A stretch of 62,939 nt of DNA from Deltaproteobacteria bacterium. Its GTDB lineage: Bacteria; Desulfobacterota; GWC2-55-46. The DNA is taken from NCBI GenBank assembly GCA_016219025.1, contig JACRCM010000100.1:1-62939 (forward strand), written 5' to 3'. The position numbers were made by a program, and so were the translations under genes. This document shows, piece by piece, positions 25,951 to 34,482 of the stretch (positions are counted from its first letter, which is position 1; each line of letters starts with the position of its first letter). Under the pieces are notes generated by a model. That model saw nothing but the letters and a program-made list of their open reading frames with translations, ran no database searches and had not been told where the DNA came from.

Positions 25951-26888
25951 TTCATCCCGAAGCTGCCCGATACGTTGAATACGTCGGTCTGGTCAACGGA
26001 GCCGTCTCCGTTCATGTCGGAGTCGCCGTTGAAGCACGCGCCGCCCCGGGCCGTGGCGTTCCATTTCACCTCTCTTAGCACGTCGAGGATGTTGACCTCG
26101 CCGCTGCAGTCGAGGTCCTGCATGAGCGCGCAGGTCACGGGCGTCTGAACGTCTATCTTCTCGGCGTCGGGCACCAGCTTGTAGAAATGCTCGACGGCGC
26201 ACCCGTCAAGCCCGTGCGACTCGGCAAGCATGACCCGCTCGCCGCCGGTCAGGTTGAGGCTGTAACCGGTGGCCGGGTCGTATAGGTTGTTGAGGTTGAA
26301 GTACGCGGCCCCTGAGCCGCCGGAAGTCAGCGTCGAGAGCGGGTGCGACGCCTTGTTGTCAAGGACGGTCAACGTCACGGCTACGCCGTCAGTGGACGCA
26401 TTGGCGTCCTTCTGATAGACCGGCGGTACGGCGAGGAGACTATTGGCGAACGGCGTCGTCACCCCCGCCGTTGTGGTCATCTGGTATGCCGCCTTCTCCG
26501 TCGTCACCGTTGCCGGGGCCGCGGGGAGCAAGGCGGACTCGGACGTGGACTTCGAGGTAGTAACGGTCTGATAGCAATACAGGGTGTTTGGAGAGAGGTT
26601 GGAGACGGTAACGCGCAGGTTCCCGGTGGAGTCGCCGGAACGCGCCGAGGTGAACGCGCCGTATACCGGCGTTGCGCAATCCGCCATGAACATGGAGATG
26701 GACGGCGCGGACGGTTCGCTTGAGAGCCAGACAACGGTGAATGACGACGGGGTGACGTCGGTTACGGACAGGCCGGAGACCGCGGGCACGCCCGCCTCGG
26801 AGCCGATAGGCAGCACGAGGAGCGCCGACGCGGCCGCAACGGCGGCGAGGCTGATGACGAGTCTCTTGTGCAATGCAACCGCAGCCAT
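25947..26888 (-). CDS. Secreted FN3 + C-terminal dockerin protein (313 aa from the ATG at 26888), first gene of the cluster
   Basis: The ORF track gives 25947-27011. The ATG at 26888 is preceded by GGAGG and gives MAAVALHKRLVISLAAVAAASALLVLPIGSEA. FN3-like: SGLSVTDVTPSSFTVVWLSSEP...LSPNTLYCYQ. The C-terminus has two EF-hand-like dockerin segments, DLDCSGEVNILDV and DMNGDGSVDQTDV. Confidence 0.8.
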   Translation of the reverse strand: MAAVALHKRLVISLAAVAAASALLVLPIGSEAGVPAVSGLSVTDVTPSSFTVVWLSSEPSAPSISMFMADCATPVYGAFTSARSGDSTGNLRVTVSNLSPNTLYCYQTVTTSKSTSESALLPAAPATVTTEKAAYQMTTTAGVTTPFANSLLAVPPVYQKDANASTDGVAVTLTVLDNKASHPLSTLTSGGSGAAYFNLNNLYDPATGYSLNLTGGERVMLAESHGLDGCAVEHFYKLVPDAEKIDVQTPVTCALMQDLDCSGEVNILDVLREVKWNATARGGACFNGDSDMNGDGSVDQTDVFNVSGSFGMK

Positions 26889-27011
26889 CCGAGACCTCCG
26901 GGTATTAGCACAGGGGTGAAGCCGAGTCTTAAACCGCGCGTCAATAAAAAAGCGCCGCTGCCATTTGGCGGCAATCGTGGTTCGAGGCTTACATCGGGCA
27001 TTGCCGGGCAA

Positions 27012-27070
27012 GTATCTGGTTCATATATTAGATAGCATAACCGTTAAAAAAAAGCAACTTTTTTTTCGTT
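27012..27070 (-). promoter_or_regulatory. AT-rich putative terminator/promoter region upstream of the surface-protein cluster
   Basis: This is the only AT-rich stretch between the stop of the CCA-enzyme gene (27113) and the cluster. On the minus strand it reads AAAAAAAAGTTGCTTTTTTTT (an A8/T8 hairpin), followed by TTGCTT-17 nt-TATCTA. Weak, sequence-only call. Confidence 0.3.
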
Positions 27071-27112
27071 GTGTCCGCCTTCATATCAAGCCCATGCGCC
27101 GCGCCTTCCCGG

Positions 27113-29743
27113 TCAGTGTCCGGCGGCGCGGGGTTTGCGCGGCAGCCCCCTCCTCGCAACGGCCTCTTCCTCCCCCCGCGACGTTATCTCGCCGTCGCAC
27201 CGCCCCTTGAATATCGCGGCGAGCGCCTTACCTATCTTGGGGCCTTGCGAATATCCCATCTTCAAGAGGTCTGCCCCGGTAAGCTCGCCCCTTATATGGC
27301 GCGACCGCGACACATAGACCGATATGGCCTTGCGCGCGCCCTCCTTGCCGGCCCTGGCCATGAGATAGAGCGTCACCTCAAGAGGCAGGGGGCGGAGCAG
27401 TTCATATACGCCGCTATCCTTAGGGGCAAGCCCCGCGCTTATCATGCCGAGCGCTCGAATCCCGTCCCTGCGGCCGTCGATAACGGCGGCAACCTTCCCG
27501 CCGGAGAGTTTGAGCCTCTTTGCAAAAGCCGCAAGCCCCGTCTCGGTAAGCGTATCGGCAAGCGCGAGGAAGAGGACGAGCCACCCCTCGACCCTATCTT
27601 CAGTATAGAGGAGTTCGTGCCACGCAAGCGTCTCCCTGGCCCGCTCGAAGAACGCCTCGCGCTCGATGCCCCACGTCATGCCGCCGTGAATGAGGCCGAG
27701 GATGCCCAGGCCGTTGAGCGTCCTTATGGACGCAGAGGCGGCATCCTCCTCAAGCAGGTTTTTCAGCTCCTCGAATATCCTGACGCCCGACGTCTTCTTG
27801 AAGAGGTCGAGCTTGACGGAGTTCCTGATGAGGTTGAGCGTATGCTTGCCTATCCTGAAGCCGAACTTCTCCGAGAACCGCACGGCGCGGAGCATCCGCG
27901 TCGGGTCTTCCACGAAACTCAGGTTGTGGAGCACCCGGATGGTCTTCTCCTTTATGTCCTTCTGTCCCCCGAAAAAGTCTATCAGCTCCCCGAACCTGCC
28001 CGGGTTCAGGGCGCAGGCAAGGGTGTTTATGATAAAGTCCCTCCGGTAGAGGTCGAGCTTGAGCGACGACCTCTCGACCGTGGGGAGCGCCCCGGGCTTC
28101 TCGTAGTATTCAAGCCGGGCGGTAGCCACGTCGAGCTTGAAGCCGTCGGCGAAAACCACCACCGCCGTCTTGAACCTCTGGTGCGCCTTGACGCGCGCCC
28201 CGTGCCGCCTTGCAAGCTCCTCGGCGAACGCGATGCCGTCGGCCCCCGCGCCCTCTATGACGATGTCTATGTCGAGGTTGGCCCGGCGAAGGAGCAGGTC
28301 GCGCACGAACCCGCCCACCACGTACGCCTTGCACCCGAGGCCGTCGGCCACGGCCCCGGCCTCCTTGAGCATCTCCACCGCCCACTTCGGGAGCCGCTCC
28401 CTCATAAGCCTGCCGAGCATCCTGGGCCTGCGGCTCTGGGCCGCGCCCTCCCGCCGGAGTCCGTCCTGAAGGAGTTTCAAGAGGTCGGTCCGCGTTATGA
28501 CGCCCGCGACCGCGGTACCGGCCACGACGGGCAGAAGCCTTGCCCCGCGCGTTATGACCTTCTCGCGTATTTCGTCGACCGGGGTGGAGGGCGAGACCAC
28601 CTCGCATTCGGTGGTCATGTAATCGGCCGAGGCCGCGCCGCCGAGGCCGTGATACACGGCCTTGTCGGCCACCTGTCTCGTCAGGACGCCCAGAAGCCCG
28701 GCCTCGCCGACGACCGGCGCGGCGTTGATGTTATAGCGGCGCATCAGTTCCACCGCCTCTTTAATCGGCGTCTCCGGGCCGGCCGTTATCGCGGGCTGCG
28801 ACATGATGTCCGCGGCGGTCGCCCTGGGCTTTATGACGGCGCGGAGCGCCGCAAGGAGCCTCTCCTTGGCCTGTATAAGCGTTACGCCCTTGAGCGTGGC
28901 CGAGGCGGCATAAGCGTGGCCGCCGCCTCCGAGGGCGGCCATGACCGCCCCGGCGTCCACCTCGGGCAGGCGCGAACGCGCCACTATGTGCACCCTGTCC
29001 GGCGAATCCGCGAGCATGAAGAGGCTCCGCGCGCCTTCTATCTCGACTATCTTGTTCGCTATGGCAGAGACGTCCCCCGCGTACCGCTCCAGATACCCCT
29101 CGGCGATGAGCACCTCGGCCCCGCATATCGAGTATACGGCACCGGACTGGAGGAATCCGTTCAATAGAGAGACCTCCTCCGGCGTCAGTTCCTTGCGTAA
29201 AAACCCGGATACCACGGCGAGGTCGGCCCCGCGTGAGAAAAGATGCGCCGCGGCCTCGAAGTCCGCCAGGGTCGTGGACGGATAGGAGAGCGAGCCGGTG
29301 TCCTCGTATATCCCGGCCATCATCACCGTCGCCTCCTCCGGCGTTATCCCGACGCCCTTCTCCTTTAGCACGCGGACGAGCACGGTCGTCGTCGCGCCGA
29401 ACGGCTCGACGCGCTCGATGGTGCCGCGAACGTCCTCGTCAGTCGCCGGGTGGTGGTCGTAGACGAGCACCTCGACGCCCGGCCTTCCTATGAGCCGAGC
29501 GAAAGGTCCGATCCTCGACGCCTGACGGCAATCCACGAGGATGAGCGTCGTTACCCCGTCGATGTCAATGTCCCGGAGTCTTTCCACCTCGTAAGGCAGA
29601 CGCGCGCCAGAGATCGCGCCGCGCAGGCGCGCCTCCACCCCGCCGGAGAAGACGAGATGCGCCTCCGGGTAGAGTTTCTTGACCGCGACCATCGACGCAA
29701 AGGTGTCGAAGTCCGCGTTGGCATGAGACGTAACGACTATCAT
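27113..29743 (-). CDS. DHH/DHHA1 phosphoesterase - tandem CBS - poly(A) polymerase/tRNA nucleotidyltransferase (CCA-adding enzyme family) fusion protein, 876 aa
   Basis: N-terminal DHH motif (VVTSHANADFDTFASM ... YDHH). CBS pair (MSQPAITAGPETPIKEAVELMRRYNINAAPVV...). PolyA_pol head (YVVGGFVRDLLLRRANLDIDIVIEG ... RRDFIINTLA). This architecture is a known multidomain CCA/polyA polymerase family. Confidence 0.85.
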   Translation of the reverse strand: MIVVTSHANADFDTFASMVAVKKLYPEAHLVFSGGVEARLRGAISGARLPYEVERLRDIDIDGVTTLILVDCRQASRIGPFARLIGRPGVEVLVYDHHPATDEDVRGTIERVEPFGATTTVLVRVLKEKGVGITPEEATVMMAGIYEDTGSLSYPSTTLADFEAAAHLFSRGADLAVVSGFLRKELTPEEVSLLNGFLQSGAVYSICGAEVLIAEGYLERYAGDVSAIANKIVEIEGARSLFMLADSPDRVHIVARSRLPEVDAGAVMAALGGGGHAYAASATLKGVTLIQAKERLLAALRAVIKPRATAADIMSQPAITAGPETPIKEAVELMRRYNINAAPVVGEAGLLGVLTRQVADKAVYHGLGGAASADYMTTECEVVSPSTPVDEIREKVITRGARLLPVVAGTAVAGVITRTDLLKLLQDGLRREGAAQSRRPRMLGRLMRERLPKWAVEMLKEAGAVADGLGCKAYVVGGFVRDLLLRRANLDIDIVIEGAGADGIAFAEELARRHGARVKAHQRFKTAVVVFADGFKLDVATARLEYYEKPGALPTVERSSLKLDLYRRDFIINTLACALNPGRFGELIDFFGGQKDIKEKTIRVLHNLSFVEDPTRMLRAVRFSEKFGFRIGKHTLNLIRNSVKLDLFKKTSGVRIFEELKNLLEEDAASASIRTLNGLGILGLIHGGMTWGIEREAFFERARETLAWHELLYTEDRVEGWLVLFLALADTLTETGLAAFAKRLKLSGGKVAAVIDGRRDGIRALGMISAGLAPKDSGVYELLRPLPLEVTLYLMARAGKEGARKAISVYVSRSRHIRGELTGADLLKMGYSQGPKIGKALAAIFKGRCDGEITSRGEEEAVARRGLPRKPRAAGH

Positions 29744-29818
29744 GGCCTGATATTAGCACACAAACCCCGTCCTTACAAACCCTCGGTTTATCTTGAATTT
29801 TCGCGGCATTCGTGCGGC

Positions 29819-29846
29819 TTGACAGCCTTTGGTTAAGGGCTATACT
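29819..29846 (+). promoter_or_regulatory. Sigma70-type promoter (TTGACA - 16 nt - TATACT)
   Basis: TTGACA at 29819-29824 and TATACT at 29841-29846. RBS AGGGGGA follows, then ATG at 29863. Confidence 0.55.
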
Positions 29847-29862
29847 GAAAACAGGGGGAACG

Positions 29863-30261
29863 ATGACCATCACGCTGACTATCTATGAATTGAGCGTCTT
29901 TATCGCGGCGCTCGGATTGCTCATCCTCATCGTCACCCTTATACCCGCCATCTTTCAGATAAGAAGGACGGCAGCCGAGGTGGAGGCGCTGGCAATCGAG
30001 GGAAGACGGGCGATGGAGAATCTGAACGTAATATTGCGGATAACCGGGGAGCAGGCCAACGGCATTGTCGACATGGTGGAAAAACTCAAAGGCACGGGCC
30101 TCAAGGCGGCTGACCTCGCGGACGCGGTAGTGGAAAATGCAAGGGGCCCGGTATTGGCGATAGTTGGCCTGCTCTTCGGTATCGAGGCGTTTTTAAGGGT
30201 TCTCCTTTCCAATAAGGAAAAGGAGACTACGGGAGGTGCGAAAGATGACAACCACGACTAA
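29863..30261 (+). CDS. DUF948-like membrane-anchored protein (132 aa)
   Basis: MTITLTIYELSVFIAALGLLILIVTLIPAIFQIRRTAAEVEALAIEG... is an N-terminal TM segment plus coiled region, as in DUF948. The ORF track starts at 29812; I prefer ATG 29863 because it follows an RBS. Confidence 0.7.
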   Translation: MTITLTIYELSVFIAALGLLILIVTLIPAIFQIRRTAAEVEALAIEGRRAMENLNVILRITGEQANGIVDMVEKLKGTGLKAADLADAVVENARGPVLAIVGLLFGIEAFLRVLLSNKEKETTGGAKDDNHD

Positions 30262-30511
30262 AGTATTGACGGCATTTCTGGCCGGCGGCGCGATCGGCGC
30301 CGGCGCGGCGCTCCTCTTTGCGCCCTATTCGGGCGTGGAGACGAGGAAGAAGATAAAAGAGTCGGTGGACGAGGCGGGCAAACGGGCCGGAGAGAAGACC
30401 GCCGAGCTAAGGCGCTCGTTCACGGACAGGACCGAGGCCGTCAAGGCCGCTTACTCCGCTGGCAAGGACGCATACTGCAAGACAACGGAGCGCATGGCCG
30501 AAGAGGCCTGA
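30245..30511 (+). CDS. YtxH-domain protein (88 aa)
   Basis: TKVLTAFLAGGAIGAGAALLFAPYSGVETRKKIKESVDEAGKRAGEK is the YtxH signature (G..G....LLFAP.SG.E.R). GGGAGG lies 8 nt upstream of ATG 30245. DUF948/YtxH is a common gene pair. Confidence 0.75.
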   Translation: MTTTTKVLTAFLAGGAIGAGAALLFAPYSGVETRKKIKESVDEAGKRAGEKTAELRRSFTDRTEAVKAAYSAGKDAYCKTTERMAEEA

Positions 30512-30512
30512 G

Positions 30513-30580
30513 CCGGTTATCCGTGGACGGTTATCGGTTATCGGCAAACGGCTGTATGAGTCACGGATAACCGATAACCG
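30513..30580. repeat. GGTTATC-type inverted/direct repeat cluster (REP-like hairpin)
   Basis: CCGGTTATCCGTGGACGGTTATCGGTTATCGG...CACGGATAACCGATAACCG. The same GGTTATCGG/CCGATAACC words recur inside the element at 61132-61291. Confidence 0.7.
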
Positions 30581-30591
30581 TAAAGGGAGGA

Positions 30592-31701
30592 TTGCGAGTG
30601 GCGGAACAGAGACTTACGCTCTCCGTGATAACGGCGGACGTCGGCGGCATGGTGGGTCACGTGAGCGGACATCCGGACGTGCTCGACACGGCCAAGGAGA
30701 GGCTCTATCACGCCAAGGAAAAGGGCATGATAATCGACTCGCACGTCCTGCGTTGCGGAGATGACATGGCCCTCGTGATGACGCACGGCCAGGGGAAGGA
30801 AAGCCGGGAGGTGCATGAGTTGGCGTGGAAGACGCTCACAGCCTGCAGGGACGAGGCCGTGGCGCTTAAACTGCACGCGGCGAGCGCCGGACTCATTGAA
30901 AAGGTCTTCGCCGGGACGGTGCATGGCATGGGCCCCGGGGCGGCGGAGTTGGAGTTCATCGAGCGAGAGAGCGAGCCGGTCGTCGTGTGCATGATAAACA
31001 AGGCCGCAAGCGGCCCGTTCAACCTACCGCTATACCGGATATACGCCGACCCCTTCAACACTGCGGGACTCATACTCGACGCCGTGATGTGCGAGGGGTT
31101 TTCGTTCAAGGTGCTCGATCTCGCTACGGGGCGCGAGATAATCCTCTCCACGCCCAAGGAGTCTCACACGCTCCTCGCGCTCATAGGCTCGACCTCAAGA
31201 TACGTGGCATCGGAGGTCATAAGGAACACGGACTCAGAGGTATGCGCCGCGATATCCACGCAGAAGCTGACGACCGCCTCCGGAAGAATAATGTGGCAGA
31301 CGGAGCCGGGCGCGATACTGCGTTGCCAGTCGGGCTTTCCGTCCGTGGGCGAGGTAATGGAGGCGTTCGCGTTTCCGCACCTTGTGCGCGGATGGCTCCG
31401 GGGCGCGCACAACGGGCCGCTTATGCCTGTGCCGTTCTACGAGGCGAACCCTACGAGGTTCGACGGCCCGCCCAGAGCCATCGCCGCCGGATTTCAGGTG
31501 GCAAACGGCAGGCTCATAGGGCCGCACGACCTCTTCGACGACCCGTCGTTCGACGAGCCGAGGAGGCTTGCGAACCAGATAACCGATTACATCAGGCACC
31601 ACGGCCCGTTCGAACCGCACCGCCTGCCGGATGCCGACCTTGAGGAAACCAACCTGCCCTTCATCATCGACAGGATAAAGGACAGGTTCAAGAAGGAATA
31701 G
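30592..31701 (+). CDS. fbp: Fructose-1,6-bisphosphate aldolase/phosphatase (class V, archaeal-type FBPase)
   Basis: LTLSVITADVGGMVGHVSGHPDVL... and the overall ~365-aa length match the bifunctional FBP aldolase/phosphatase family. The likely true start is GTG 30598, 7 nt after AGGGAGG. Confidence 0.85.
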   Translation: MRVAEQRLTLSVITADVGGMVGHVSGHPDVLDTAKERLYHAKEKGMIIDSHVLRCGDDMALVMTHGQGKESREVHELAWKTLTACRDEAVALKLHAASAGLIEKVFAGTVHGMGPGAAELEFIERESEPVVVCMINKAASGPFNLPLYRIYADPFNTAGLILDAVMCEGFSFKVLDLATGREIILSTPKESHTLLALIGSTSRYVASEVIRNTDSEVCAAISTQKLTTASGRIMWQTEPGAILRCQSGFPSVGEVMEAFAFPHLVRGWLRGAHNGPLMPVPFYEANPTRFDGPPRAIAAGFQVANGRLIGPHDLFDDPSFDEPRRLANQITDYIRHHGPFEPHRLPDADLEETNLPFIIDRIKDRFKKE

Positions 31702-31724
31702 TTTCACAAAGGGGGTGCGTCTTA

Positions 31725-32216
31725 ATGAAAGGCCCGCGGATAGTAAAAAAGAAGGCGATAGACACGGCAAAGGACTCTTATCTCCTGGGCGCGGCCCCGC
31801 AGGAAGAGGCGGTATGCAAAGGGTGCGGGGCGGTATGGCGCGGCAAACGCTGGACAATGGAGGGCGAGGCAGCGCCCCCCGGCATAAAGGCCGAGACCGT
31901 ATGCCCGGCCTGCCGCAAGACGCGCGACAGATTCGCCGAGGGCTTCGTCACCATTCAGGGGGCATTTACAAAGAGCCATAAGGATGAGATACTCAAGCTC
32001 CTCCATAACAAGGGGGAACGCGCCCGGCGGATAAACCCCCTTGAGCGCATCATGGAGATAAAGGAGCGCAACGGCGCAATAGAGGTTTCCACCACCACCG
32101 ACAAGCTCGCCCAGCGCATAGGCAGGATGCTCCACAAGTCATTCAACGGCGAGGTGGAGTACAAGTGGAGTTCCGGCGTGAAACTCGCGCGCGTGGTCTG
32201 GACGCGCGAAGAATGA
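31725..32216 (+). CDS. Zinc-ribbon protein, NMD3-like / BCAM0308-like family (163 aa)
   Basis: Two CxxC pairs (CKGCGAVWRGKRW ... CPACRK) are followed by a conserved C-terminal domain. The family name is recalled from memory and unverified. Confidence 0.6.
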   Translation: MKGPRIVKKKAIDTAKDSYLLGAAPQEEAVCKGCGAVWRGKRWTMEGEAAPPGIKAETVCPACRKTRDRFAEGFVTIQGAFTKSHKDEILKLLHNKGERARRINPLERIMEIKERNGAIEVSTTTDKLAQRIGRMLHKSFNGEVEYKWSSGVKLARVVWTREE

Positions 32217-32397
32217 ATACCGGGGGGATGTAGAAAGAAAAATCTTGACGCGCGGCAGGGAAAACTCCCGACCGCGCGTCTTCAGGATGGGATGCGCGGC
32301 GCGGCGTCGGGAGAACTCCTGACGCCGCATGAAGGAAAGAGGTTTTTTTCACCTCCCGCCGCCCACACCCCCGCGACCATCGGCAAGGGGCGCTCAG

Positions 32398-33408
32398 ATG
32401 ATGGAGGCAAGACTTTCGAGACCGTCCGAAGGCGGCTGCGTTGACTGTTATCTGTGCGCCTTCCGATGCCACATAGCCGAGGGCAAGGCCGGGGTCTGCG
32501 GGGTGCGGGAGAACGACGCGGGCGCGCTCTAAACGCTCGTATACGGCAGGCTCATCGCCGAGCCCATAGACCCGGTCGAACAAAAACCCCTCTTCCACTT
32601 CCAGCCGGCGTCCACGTCCTATTCCATCGCCACGGTAGGATGCAACTTCAGGTGCCTGCACTGCCAGAACTCCGAGATATCCCAGATGCCGAGGGACCAG
32701 AAGCGCATCATCGGCGAGGAGGTCAGCCCGGAGGAGGTGGTGCACGAGGCGTATCATACGGGTTGCGCGTCCATATCATACACCTACACCGAGCCGACCA
32801 TATTCTTCGAGTTCGCCTATGACACCGGCGTGCTCGCCAAGACCAAGGGACTCAAGAACATTTTCGTCACGAACGGCTACATGACGCGCGAATGCCTGGA
32901 CGAGATGCGCGGGGTGCTCGACGCGGCGAACGTCGACATCAAGTCGTTCTCAGAGGGCTTCTACAAAAAGACCTGCGGGGCGACCCTCAAGCCCGTGCTC
33001 GAATCGATAGAGCACATGAAGAGGCTGGGCGTCTGGGTGGAGATAACCACGCTCATCATACCCGCGATGAACGACTCGGACGGCGAGCTCAGGAATATCG
33101 CCAAATGGATATGCTCCGTTGACAAGGCCATGCCCTGGCACGTAAGCGCCTTCCACCCGGCGTACAAGCTGATGAACGTCCCGGCGACGCCGCATGAGAC
33201 CGTCAAGCGCGCCCGCGAGATCGGCCTCTCCGAGGGGTTGCGCTACGTATACGCCGGCAACGTTCCGGGCGGCGGGGGCGAGACGACCTACTGCTACGGA
33301 TGCGCCGCGCCCCTTATCGAGCGGGCCGGGTTTACGGTCAAGAAAAACTCCGTAAAGGATTCAAGGTGTCCGGCCTGCGGCGCGGCCATAGACGGCGTGG
33401 ACATGTAA
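32398..33408 (+). pseudogene. amrS: AmmeMemoRadiSam-system-type radical SAM enzyme interrupted by a single in-frame TAA (32530-32532)
   Basis: ORFs 32329-32532 and 32686-33408 are in the same frame. Reading through the TAA gives ...CGVRENDAGAL*TLVYGRLIAEPIDPVEQKPLFHFQPASTSYSIATVGCNFRCLHCQNSEIS..., so the CxxxCxxC cluster sits between the two ORF-track pieces. Homologues, as I recall them, have L-Y-x-L-VYG here, which would make this TAY->TAA. Confidence 0.75.
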
Positions 33409-33433
33409 CAACCCAAACAAGGAGGCATCCAAA

Positions 33434-33742
33434 ATGCTCGTTGAGTTCAGCATAACCCCGGTAGGGGCGGGCGAATCCCTCGGAGACGCCATAACAAGCG
33501 TGATAAGGATAGTGGATGAGAGCAGGCTGCCCTACAAGGCCAACGCGATGGGCACGGTCATCGAGGGGGGCTGGGACGAGGTCATGGGCGTAATAAAGAA
33601 GTGCCACGAGGAGGTAATGAAGAAGGCCCCCCGGCTCGTCTCGCACATCTCCGTGGACCTGCGGCCCGGCAAACCCCAGGACCGTCTGACCGAGAAGCTC
33701 AAGGGCGTGGAAAAGCGGCTCGGAAAGAAGATAAAGACTTAG
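33434..33742 (+). CDS. MTH1187/YkoF-like thiamine-binding family protein (102 aa)
   Basis: MLVEFSITPVGAGESLGDAITSVIRIVDESRLPYKANAMGTVIEGGWDEVMGVIKKCHE matches the DUF77/MTH1187 pattern. Confidence 0.75.
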   Translation: MLVEFSITPVGAGESLGDAITSVIRIVDESRLPYKANAMGTVIEGGWDEVMGVIKKCHEEVMKKAPRLVSHISVDLRPGKPQDRLTEKLKGVEKRLGKKIKT

Positions 33743-33753
33743 CCCGGCGCCAA

Positions 33754-34347
33754 ATGGAATTCCTTACATCGTTCTCCCTCGCCTTCATCCCGCTCTTTGT
33801 GGCGATGGAGCCGGTGGGGGTCATACCGGTATACGTGACCCTGACGCAGCCACTTGCGCCCGATGAGAGGCGCAAGGTGCTCTTCTACTCGCTCGTCACG
33901 GCCACGGCCATAACCCTCGCCTTTCTCGTCGTGGGCAAGGCCGTATTCTACGCGCTGGGCATCACCATCGGAGACTTCCAGATAGCCGGCGGCCTCGTGC
34001 TCCTCTCCATAGCCATATTCGACATAGTCACGACCGCGCGGGGGCGCATCGAAATAAAACCGGCCTCCGGCGTGGGCATCGTCCCCATCGGCACGCCCCT
34101 CATAGCCGGGCCCGCCGCGCTTACGACCCTCCTCATGCTAAACGACCTCCACGGCTTCGGCGTGACGGCGGCGGCGCTCGGCGCCAACCTCCTCATAGTA
34201 TGGTTCGCGTTCCTGTGGTCCGAGAAGATAATGCTCATCCTTACGGAGAACGGCGCGCGCGGGGTCTCGAAGGTCATCTCGCTCCTTCTGGCCGCGATAG
34301 CGGTTATGATGATACGGAGGGGGGTTCAGGGGATATTCTGGCACTGA
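33754..34347 (+). CDS. MarC-family (UPF0056) integral membrane protein
   Basis: MEFLTSFSLAFIPLFVAMEPVGVIPVYVTLT...IVPIGTPLIAGPAALTTLL is the typical MarC signature. The ORF track starts at 33601; ATG 33754 removes a non-membrane leader that overlaps the upstream gene. Confidence 0.8.
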   Translation: MEFLTSFSLAFIPLFVAMEPVGVIPVYVTLTQPLAPDERRKVLFYSLVTATAITLAFLVVGKAVFYALGITIGDFQIAGGLVLLSIAIFDIVTTARGRIEIKPASGVGIVPIGTPLIAGPAALTTLLMLNDLHGFGVTAAALGANLLIVWFAFLWSEKIMLILTENGARGVSKVISLLLAAIAVMMIRRGVQGIFWH

Positions 34348-34482
34348 CCGGCCTGGCCGTCCGCCGAATCCTGATTTACATCATTGAAATATCCCTCCAT
34401 GATTCGATATACTTGGTCGTGACGGCATTAAGGCGGCGCTTGCGCGTCGCCATGCCGAATCACCAAAGGAGACCAGGGTTCC

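Noticed and set aside
27071-29167. 698-aa plus-strand ORF
   Set aside because: It lies entirely antisense to the well-supported DHH-CBS-CCA enzyme gene. Its translation is Arg/Pro/Gly/Leu-rich with no motifs. This is a typical shadow ORF of high-GC DNA.
32143-32757. 204-aa minus-strand ORF
   Set aside because: It is antisense to the radical SAM gene, whose CxxxCxxC motif is on the plus strand. Its composition is Arg-rich, typical of a shadow ORF.
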